DNA of 64,000 nt from Granulicella sp. (GTDB taxonomy: Bacteria > Acidobacteriota > Terriglobia > Terriglobales > Acidobacteriaceae): contig DAIDGQ010000023.1 in NCBI GenBank assembly GCA_027452215.1, forward strand, positions 780-64,779. Direction: 5' to 3'. Every line of letters begins with the position of its first letter. Within the stretch, counting starts at the first letter, position 1. A program made the translations under genes and the position numbers. The notes below the pieces were generated by a model. It worked only from the letters and a program-made list of their open reading frames with translations. It searched no databases and had not been told where the DNA came from. This document shows positions 1 to 7,119 of this stretch, piece by piece.

Positions 1-1219
1 GACCCTCGAACCACCAGTGGCCGAAGAGCTCGGCGTCGAACGGGGAGCAGAGGACGGGAGGGATGGAGTCGGTGAGGCCGGCCTGGAGGGCCTCCCAAAC
101 GAGATGGACGAAGTGGGAGGCGTGGGACTGGGTTCGCTCGGCGGCGGCCTGGGGGTTGTAGGGCTGCTTGTCGGCCATGTCGACTTTGGAGCCGGTGACG
201 GACCAGTAGCGATGACCACCGGGCCAGCGCTTTTTGTGGAAGTCGAGGTAGTTGCCGTCGCCGGGATAGCCGGAGTCACCGGACCAGACCTGGACTCCGG
301 TGCGGGGGTCGCGGGGGAAGACGGTGGTGGCGTAGCGCTTATCGTAGGGGCCATCGACGTAGTAGGGCTGGTAGAGGCGGCGGTAGTCGTTGAGGGTCAT
401 CGGCTCTTCGGATTCGGGAGCGATGTGGCCGCGGAGGAGGTCGTAGGGGGAGGCGATGCGGGCGGACTCTTCGACGAGGTGGGTGTCGACGAAGAAGAAG
501 TCGATGTCGGACTCGGAGAGGGCCTGCTCGACGCCGATGCGGTTGAAGCCGGGGGCGGCGGGAGAGCCGTCGGCGTTGGGGACGGGGTAGTTCCAGAAGC
601 CGGCGGGGCGGTAGCCGCACTCGGGTGCCCAGATGCCCTTGGGGTGTTTGCCGATGTGGCGGCGGTGAGTGGTGACGGCGGTGCGGACCTGGGCACGGAC
701 GCTTTCGTCGGTGCCGAGGAGGGGCATGTAGCCGTGGGTGGCACCGCAGGTGATGATCTCGATGAGGCCCTTGTCGTTGAAGTAGCGGAAGCCTTTGATG
801 ATGTCGCGGTCGAAGGACTCGAAGTCGCTGAGGGCGTCGGAGAAGTAGCGGTGCCAGAAGCGGGCGGTCTCGGCGTAGTGGGTTTCTCCGGTAGAGAGGA
901 AGTAGGCTTCGTCCTCGCGGGCGGCAACGATTTTGCGCTCGACGTACCGGGGGAAATCGGCTTTGAAGACAGGGTGGGCGAGCTGTTCGAGGAGGATGGG
1001 GGAGAGATTGAGGTTGCAGTTGAGGGCGATGCCGTCCTGCTCGAGATTGCGGAGGACGCGGAGCAGGGGGAGATAGGTCTCGGCGGCAGCCTCGTGGAGC
1101 CATTCGATGCCGTGGGGCCAGGTTCCGTGATTGACGACGTACGGAAGATGAGCGTGCAGGGTGAAGCTGAGAAAGCCGGCCGGCTTCGATTTGGAGGCTG
1201 CAGGGGTTGACGCGCTCAA
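1..1219 (-). CDS. GH57 family glycoside hydrolase / 1,4-alpha-glucan branching enzyme (DUF1957-type), 3' end runs off the window
   Basis: Not in the ORF track (no stop in window). My minus-strand translation from TTG at 1219 gives FTLHAHLPYV..HG..WLHEAAAETYLPLL at the N-terminus and PFDAELFGHWWFEG at the window edge, both hallmark GH57 branching-enzyme motifs. Confidence 0.9.
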   Translation of the reverse strand, partial: MSASTPAASKSKPAGFLSFTLHAHLPYVVNHGTWPHGIEWLHEAAAETYLPLLRVLRNLEQDGIALNCNLNLSPILLEQLAHPVFKADFPRYVERKIVAAREDEAYFLSTGETHYAETARFWHRYFSDALSDFESFDRDIIKGFRYFNDKGLIEIITCGATHGYMPLLGTDESVRAQVRTAVTTHRRHIGKHPKGIWAPECGYRPAGFWNYPVPNADGSPAAPGFNRIGVEQALSESDIDFFFVDTHLVEESARIASPYDLLRGHIAPESEEPMTLNDYRRLYQPYYVDGPYDKRYATTVFPRDPRTGVQVWSGDSGYPGDGNYLDFHKKRWPGGHRYWSVTGSKVDMADKQPYNPQAAAERTQSHASHFVHLVWEALQAGLTDSIPPVLCSPFDAELFGHWWFEG

Positions 1220-1454
1220 GGTAGGTATCCCTTCCGGGTGGTCGGTTAGCGGGCGTGAACTACGCGCGAAGCGGTTGGGAAGACGTGCGGACGGTCTAGT
1301 GGCTTTTGTAACAGATGATCTTACGTACGGTGATTTGGATGCTTACCTACGGTAGTTTGGATGCGAGTTCGAGCGAAAATGCTGCACCGCTTCGTCTGGT
1401 TAGAGGAAGCGGTGCAGGAGACAACAAGTTGGACGTGTTTGAGCGCGGTTGAGG

Positions 1455-2624
1455 TTACTGACGAGGCTGGAGGCCGGGCTGCTGGTTGTTGTACTGGCCG
1501 TTCTGGTTGTAGGGACCATTCTGGTTGTAAGGGCCGTTCTGGTTGTAGGGACCGTTCTGGTTGTACTGGCCGTTCTGGTTGTTGTAGGGGCCGTTCTGCT
1601 GATTGTAGGAACCGGCGGAGGCTGGTTCAGAGGTGGAGATGGTGACCGGGTTGGAGAGGTGGAAGCGGATGACGGTTTCAGAGGGGATCCGGACCTGCTG
1701 GCCGCGGGTGAAGCCCTGGACGGCGGCACCGCCACCTCCGCCGGCAGCGGCACCGATGGCGGCACCTTCGCCGCCTCCGAAGATTCCACCGAGGACGGCG
1801 CCAATGGCGGCGCCACCACCGATTTTTTCAATGGAGTTCACGCCGCGGCCTTTGCCTGCGACGGTGTAGGTGTCGGTGGAGATGGGGATGACGGTACCGT
1901 GACGACGGACGGCGTTGAGTTCGATGGCGAGGATGGAGCTTCCCTTGAAGTGGGTGGCGTCCTTAGCCTCGTCGACGACTCCGTGGACGGCGGCGCCGAC
2001 GGGGATGGCCATGAAACCGTTGGCATCGATCTCGCGGACGACGACACCGGTGAAGGTGGTGCCGGTCTGGGTGGTCTGGCTATCGAGGGTCTCGGTGATG
2101 CGGATGGGGATGTCGGTACCTGCGGGAAGGGTGACAGTACGGACGACGGGTGGGGGAGGAGCGGGAGCATTTTCAGAGGGTGGAGAGAGCGGCTGATGGT
2201 TGGCAATCTGCTGCTGCTCCTGGACGGAGGCGGGACGGGCGTAAGCGGGGTTGCTGGGCGAGGTGATGGTGGGAGCGACGGGCATGCCGGCGACGGTGAG
2301 GTTGTTGACGACCTCTTTGACTCCGGGGACGCGAGCGGCGTCCTGCGCGGCGACGGAGCGAGCGGTGTCATCGGATACGTTGCCGGAGAGAGTGGCGACT
2401 CCGGACTGGACGGCGACCTGGACGGGCTGCTGGCTGATGGAGGGATCGCCGGTGAGGGCGGCCTGGATGTTCTTGGTGAGCGTGGGGTCGTCTACTGACT
2501 TCGTGCAGCCGGCGGCGAAGAGCAGGGGCAGAACGGTGAGAGCGAGAGCGCTGGCGAAGGGACGCGATGTACGGAGGGTATTGGCCAGAGTGGACGGCGA
2601 GGAAACACGGGTGTTGATCGTCAT
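1455..2624 (-). CDS. BON-domain lipoprotein with C-terminal beta-rich domain and NQNG(P/Q)Y repeat tail
   Basis: Likely start MTINT at 2624. Lipobox-like FAAGC, BON pattern (DDPTLT..IQAAL..V.V.SGVATLSG.V..VPGVKEVVNNL), Gly-zipper GGGAAIGAVLGG. Confidence 0.85.
   Translation of the reverse strand: MTINTRVSSPSTLANTLRTSRPFASALALTVLPLLFAAGCTKSVDDPTLTKNIQAALTGDPSISQQPVQVAVQSGVATLSGNVSDDTARSVAAQDAARVPGVKEVVNNLTVAGMPVAPTITSPSNPAYARPASVQEQQQIANHQPLSPPSENAPAPPPPVVRTVTLPAGTDIPIRITETLDSQTTQTGTTFTGVVVREIDANGFMAIPVGAAVHGVVDEAKDATHFKGSSILAIELNAVRRHGTVIPISTDTYTVAGKGRGVNSIEKIGGGAAIGAVLGGIFGGGEGAAIGAAAGGGGGAAVQGFTRGQQVRIPSETVIRFHLSNPVTISTSEPASAGSYNQQNGPYNNQNGQYNQNGPYNQNGPYNQNGPYNQNGQYNNQQPGLQPRQ
1483..1607 (-). 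repeat. 18-bp tandem repeat encoding (Y)NQNG(P/Q)
   Basis: About 6-7 imperfect copies of ttctggttgta(g/c)..gcc/acc visible on the + strand. Confidence 0.9.
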
Positions 2625-2985
2625 GAAAAGCTCCAGAGAATTGGGGGCGTAACTGCAAAGTTGTCTGTACATGCAGGATAAACCCGGAAGCGGGGAAAAG
2701 GGTGGAACAGATTCGGCGATGATAGTACGACAGCCGGGTGAAGAATGGGTAGACGGAGGGGGGTGAAGGGTGGGTAGGCAGAGGGTAGACGCAACCCCGG
2801 AGGCGAGGGAGGCATCCACCTTGAGGACAGGGAAAGCGCGGGAGGATTGCGTGCTTCGGTTGCGTCGAAGGTGCAGTTGGTGTGCTTCGATGGTTGAGTC
2901 ATTGAAGGTTGAGTTGAAGGTTTTAGAAACAGGGCCCGGAAGAGTATTCTGAGGCAGCGTTTAAGAACAGGTAGAGGAGAGTGCA

Positions 2986-3411
2986 ATGGCAGAAAATGAG
3001 AGCGGTGCAGGCGGCTTTGGATGGTTTCTGGCAGGGCTGGGAATCGGAGCTTTGGTAGGGGTGCTGTATGCGCCGAAGTCGGGCAAGGAGACTCGCGACG
3101 AGCTGGTGGCCAGTGCTCTGGAAGCGAAGGATCGCGCGAACAAGCTGTATGAGCAGGGCGTGAACCAGGCTGGACAGTATGTAGAGCAGGGTAAGCAGGT
3201 CGCCGGCGAGTACGTGGACAAGGGTAAGCAGGTTGCCGGGGAGTATGTGGACCGCGGCAAGGAGTACTACGACAAGGGACGGACCCAGTGGACACAGTAT
3301 GTGGACAAGGGGAAGGACCTGATCCAGACGCAGGCGGAGGCAGCGAAGGCTGCTGTCGAGGCAGGCAAGGAAGCGTATGCCGCCAAGGCAAATGAGACTC
3401 CGGCCGCGTAG
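2986..3411 (+). CDS. YtxH-domain protein
   Basis: RBS GAGGAG; motif FLAGLGIGALVGVLYAPKSGKETR; 11-aa repeats GKQVAGEYVD. Confidence 0.9.
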   Translation: MAENESGAGGFGWFLAGLGIGALVGVLYAPKSGKETRDELVASALEAKDRANKLYEQGVNQAGQYVEQGKQVAGEYVDKGKQVAGEYVDRGKEYYDKGRTQWTQYVDKGKDLIQTQAEAAKAAVEAGKEAYAAKANETPAA

Positions 3412-3450
3412 GGTTTGGTTGCTGGAGATTTGATGTTGAAGTTGAGAGGC

Positions 3451-3477
3451 AAGGGCCGGTTGAACGCCGGCCCTTTG
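3451..3477 (+). terminator. Probable intrinsic terminator after the ytxH-like gene
   Basis: Stem AAGGGCCGG / CCGGCCCTT followed by a short T run. Confidence 0.6.
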
Positions 3478-3595
3478 TCACGTGTGCGATGCTTGCGGCG
3501 GTTGGCCCACGGGCGGAGATGTGCGGGGATGACTTGCGGAGAAGTGCAGGAAACGCACAAGATAGAGCGATACAGATTGTGGTGCGAAGAGGAGT

Positions 3596-4159
3596 ATGAC
3601 GATGCCAGTGCTTAGGGGCGCAGCGGTTTTGTTCTTTCAGGAGTCAGAGTTAACGCGGCATGACATTCACCTGGCGATGATCTTTCTGGCGATCATTGCG
3701 CTGGCGCTGGTGGTGCAGGCGGTGGGGGTGCTGGTCAGTGGAGCGTTTGCGGCGAAGCTGTTGCATCGCGTGGACGGGATCGCGGACATTGTGGAGAAGC
3801 GGACCGGGCCGATGCTGGATAAGACGAATCAGCTGCTGCATGAGCTGGCTCCGAAGGTGCAGAGCTTTTCGGAGAACGCGGAGCAGATCAGCTATACCGT
3901 TCGGACGAAGGTGGACGAGCTGGCGGTGACGGTGGGCGAGCTGAATGACACGGTGAGGGAGTTCAACGGGCGGACACGGGCGCAGGTGGTTCGCGTGGAC
4001 GGGATTGTGAGCGATGCCCTGGGAGCTACGGAAGAGATTTCGCAGACGGTGCAGAACGGGATCAAGGGACCGCTGCGGCAGATTGCCGGCGTGATTGCAG
4101 GGTTCAAGGCAGGGCTTGAGACGCTGATTGAGCGGTCGCCGTTTGGGCGCAGGGATTAG
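3596..4159 (+). CDS. DUF948/YoxC-like membrane-anchored coiled-coil protein
   Basis: RBS GAGGAG; one N-terminal TM helix then a helical heptad region; next to a YtxH gene, a common pairing. Confidence 0.65.
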   Translation: MTMPVLRGAAVLFFQESELTRHDIHLAMIFLAIIALALVVQAVGVLVSGAFAAKLLHRVDGIADIVEKRTGPMLDKTNQLLHELAPKVQSFSENAEQISYTVRTKVDELAVTVGELNDTVREFNGRTRAQVVRVDGIVSDALGATEEISQTVQNGIKGPLRQIAGVIAGFKAGLETLIERSPFGRRD

Positions 4160-4260
4160 GGTAGGGCAGGGATTAGGGTAGGGCAGGGATTAGGGTAGGG
4201 CAGGGATTAGGGATTAGGGAACAGGCATTAGGGAACAGGGAACAGGGATTAGGGATTAGG
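4151..4260 (+). repeat. G-run tandem repeat array: (AGGGATTAGGGTAGGGC)x3 then AGGGATT/AGGGAAC heptamers
   Basis: Read directly; more than 12 GGG tracts with 2-4 nt spacers, between two convergent genes. Confidence 0.9.
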
Positions 4261-4271
4261 AGAGCGTTGGG

Positions 4272-5396
4272 CTAGAGGATCCAGCCTCCACCGGCTACTT
4301 CGTCGGCCTGGTAGAAGACGGCGGATTGGCCGGGGGTGATGGCACGCTGGGGCTCGTCGAAGATGGCTTCGATCTGGTCGGGGGCGATGACGCGTAGGGT
4401 GGCGGGGGCTGGCTCGTGGCGGTGGCGGATCTTGATGGAGACGCGGATGGGCTCGGTGGGCTCGGGGATGGAGACCCAGTTCAGGCGGTTGGCCGTGAGC
4501 CTTGTGGAGAGGAGTTGGTCGTCGGTGCCCACTTCTACCTTGTGGGAGTCGGGGTGAATCTTAAGGACATAGAGCGGGTCTGGACTGCTGATGCCGAGGC
4601 CCTTGCGCTGGCCTACGGTGAAGCTGTGGATGCCTTCGTGGTGGCCGAGGACGGCGGTGGACCCGTCGGGTGATGTTGCGACGAGATCGCCGGAGGAGTC
4701 GGGGAGGGGCTGGCCCTGCTCGTCGAGATAGGCCTTGAGGAAGTCGGAGTAGCTTCCTCCGGGGATGAAGCAGATCTCCTGCGAGTCGGGCTTCTGGGCG
4801 AGGTCGAGGCCGTGGTTGGCGGCCATTTCGCGGACGGCTGGCTTCTGCATTTCGCCCAAGGGGAAGAGGGTGCGAGAGAGCTGGGCCTGGGTGAGACCGA
4901 AGAGGAAGTAGGTCTGGTCCTTGGAGCGGTCGGCGGGACGGGAGAGGACCCAGCGGTTGCGGACGGGGTCGAAGTGATTGCGGGCGTAGTGGCCGGTGGC
5001 GATACGCTCGGCGCCGATCTGGCGGGCGGTGAGGAGGAGCTGATCGAACTTGAGGTGGTTGTTGCAGAGGGTGCAGGGGATGGGGGTGCGGCCGGCGAGG
5101 TATTCGCTGACGAAGGGGCGGACTACCTCTTCCTCGAAGCGGTCCTGGGCGTTGACGAGGTAGTAGGGAATGTTGAGGTGTTCGGCTACGTGGCGGGCGT
5201 CGTAGACGTCGTCTATGGAACAGCAGCGGCCCTGGACGGTGGCGGGCATGCCTTCGCGGCCGGCGAGGCGGCGCTGGTTCCAGAGCTGGAGGGTGAGGCC
5301 GACGAGGGGATGGCCCTGGGCGTGGAGGAGTGCGGCGACGGCGGAGGAGTCGACTCCTCCGGACATGGCGACGGCGATGGTGTCCTGCTGAGACAT
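4272..5396 (-). CDS. mnmA: tRNA-specific 2-thiouridylase MnmA
   Basis: AMSGGVDSS PP-loop, TPIPCTLCN, ATGHYAR, KDQTYFL, DSQEICF, TPGQSAVFY. Confidence 0.97.
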   Translation of the reverse strand: MSQQDTIAVAMSGGVDSSAVAALLHAQGHPLVGLTLQLWNQRRLAGREGMPATVQGRCCSIDDVYDARHVAEHLNIPYYLVNAQDRFEEEVVRPFVSEYLAGRTPIPCTLCNNHLKFDQLLLTARQIGAERIATGHYARNHFDPVRNRWVLSRPADRSKDQTYFLFGLTQAQLSRTLFPLGEMQKPAVREMAANHGLDLAQKPDSQEICFIPGGSYSDFLKAYLDEQGQPLPDSSGDLVATSPDGSTAVLGHHEGIHSFTVGQRKGLGISSPDPLYVLKIHPDSHKVEVGTDDQLLSTRLTANRLNWVSIPEPTEPIRVSIKIRHRHEPAPATLRVIAPDQIEAIFDEPQRAITPGQSAVFYQADEVAGGGWIL

Positions 5397-5505
5397 AAAA
5401 ACGACCTAGTAAGATGATAGTCTCCGAGCAAGTTTGCGCGAAATGTTGCGAGGGAAAGACGCGAACTGGAGTCGGGCTGATTGAGAGCTGAGGGCTGGGT
5501 TTTGA

Positions 5506-6750
5506 ATGCCGAATAGACGCAAGGGCGCGATGGCGGGACGATGGGCGTTGCCGTTTCTGGGGATGGCGTGCGCGGTGGGAGTGGGATCGATTTATTACAA
5601 CCAGCCGCTGCTGCTGGTGATGGGGAAGACGTTTGGGCGGGATGCGCGGTCGATGGAACTGGTGGCGGTGGCGACGCAGCTGGGCTATGCGACGGGGATT
5701 CTTTGTTTTGTTCCGCTGGGGGATGTGGCGGAGCGGCGCGGGCTGATGATGCGGATGTATGGGGCGGTGTCGGTGGCGCTGCTGCTGGCGGCGTTGGCGC
5801 AGGGGCTGACGTGGATGATTGTGGCGAGTGTGCTGGTGGGGCTGATGGCGTCGGTGACGCATGTGGTGGTGCCGATGGCTCCGGATTTGGTGTCGCATGC
5901 GAAGCGGGGCAAGGCGATTGGGACGGTGATGACGGGGCTGCTGCTGGGGATCCTGCTGGCTCGTAGCTTTGCGGGATGGCTGGCGGGTTTTAGCGGCTGG
6001 CGGACGGTGTTTGTGGTGGCGGCGGTGTTGAACCTGGCGTTCGTTCCGATTATGTATCGAGCGATGCCGAGGATGGAGCCGAGGGATTCGCTGACGTATG
6101 GACAGGCGATGCGGTCGTTGTGGACGCTGCTGGTGTCGGAGCCTCTGCTGCGCGAGGCGGCGGTGCTGGGAGCGCTGAGCTTTGGGGCGTTCAACTGCTT
6201 CTGGACGACGCTGGCGTACCTGCTGGATTCGCACTATGGGATGGGGCCGGGTGTGGCGGGGACGTTTGGACTGGTGGGAGCGGCAGGGGCGTTGATTGCT
6301 CCGTTTGCGGGATGGCTGGCGGATAAGCGGGGGACGAGGTTTGTGGTGACGGTGGCGGGGGCGACGCTGACGGGGTCGTTTGTGTGGCTGTGGTGGACGG
6401 AGCGGTGGCATGTGTCGATGACGTGGCACATGGCGGCGCTGGTGGCGGGAGTGGTGATGCTGGACCTGGGACAGCAGATGATGCAGGTGGGGAATCAGAC
6501 TCGGATCTTCGGTCTGGGATCGCAGGTGCGGAGCCGGCTGAATACGATTTATATGACGATCTACTTTGCGGGCGGGGCGGCGGGGTCTGCGCTGGCGGGG
6601 TGGGCCTGGTGGCGGTGGGGATGGAATGGCGTGTGCATGCTGGCACTGGTGCTGATCAGCGCGATGGGGATTCGTCATGCGACGGGCTATAGCCGCTCGC
6701 ATGAAGAGGCTCGGGTGCATGTTCCGGCAGAGGAACGCGAGCCGGCGTAG
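5506..6750 (+). CDS. MFS transporter
   Basis: About 12 TM helices; YYNQPLL, PLGD..ERR, G.LAD++G motifs. Start may be ATG 5530. Confidence 0.9.
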   Translation: MPNRRKGAMAGRWALPFLGMACAVGVGSIYYNQPLLLVMGKTFGRDARSMELVAVATQLGYATGILCFVPLGDVAERRGLMMRMYGAVSVALLLAALAQGLTWMIVASVLVGLMASVTHVVVPMAPDLVSHAKRGKAIGTVMTGLLLGILLARSFAGWLAGFSGWRTVFVVAAVLNLAFVPIMYRAMPRMEPRDSLTYGQAMRSLWTLLVSEPLLREAAVLGALSFGAFNCFWTTLAYLLDSHYGMGPGVAGTFGLVGAAGALIAPFAGWLADKRGTRFVVTVAGATLTGSFVWLWWTERWHVSMTWHMAALVAGVVMLDLGQQMMQVGNQTRIFGLGSQVRSRLNTIYMTIYFAGGAAGSALAGWAWWRWGWNGVCMLALVLISAMGIRHATGYSRSHEEARVHVPAEEREPA

Positions 6751-6770
6751 TGGTTGGTGGGTGTGTGGGG

Positions 6771-7039
6771 AAAAAAGAGCGCCGCTTGTGGCGGCGCCGG
6801 GGGAGTGACACTGATGTTGTTGAAGTAACGATAGCGCTGGGGCGGAGGCAGCGCTTCGGCCAGGGGGATGGTTGTGGGTCAACCTTTTGATGCGTGTGGG
6901 GAGGGAGTTTGTTTGGGGCAAAAAGGAGCGCCGCTAGTGGCGGCGCCGGGGGAGTGACACTAATGTTGTTGAAGTAACGATAGCGCTGGGGGCGGGGTCG
7001 GCGCTTCGGCCGGGGGGATGGTTGTGGGTCAACCTTTTG
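6771..7039 (-). repeat. Two tandem ~118-bp copies (period ~149-150 bp) of a structured non-coding element, candidate sRNA
   Basis: Copies at 6771-6888 and 6920-7038. On the minus strand each ends in a GCGCCGC-loop-GCGGCGC hairpin plus a U-tract. Confidence 0.8.
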
Positions 7040-7066
7040 GTGGAGGGATTTGGGCTTGGAGCGGTG

Positions 7067-7096
7067 GGCCTGATGCCGCACGAGGGGCATCAGGCC
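7067..7096. terminator. Perfect 11-bp hairpin (terminator or REP-like) after the PQQ-like gene
   Basis: GGCCTGATGCC-8 nt-GGCATCAGGCC. Confidence 0.55.
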
Positions 7097-7119
7097 GGGG
7101 TGGGTTGGGTGCGGCGGAG

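Noticed and set aside
17-1210. 397-aa + strand ORF, and similar long ORFs such as 1449-2498, 7807-9753, 21183-23492, 4561-6921, 26733-28904 and 34042-36375
   Set aside because: Antisense or off-frame shadows of real genes in high-GC DNA. They have biased composition and no motifs, while another frame carries clear family signatures.
4151-4260. True telomere or eukaryotic contamination (TTAGGG)
   Set aside because: The units are 5-, 7- and 17-mers, internal, flanked by bacterial genes and recurring inside xerC.
6771-7039. Possible CRISPR array or tandem riboswitch
   Set aside because: Only two ~118-bp copies, no 25-45 bp repeat/spacer pattern and no cas genes. It lies between convergent 3' ends, so it is not a 5' leader.
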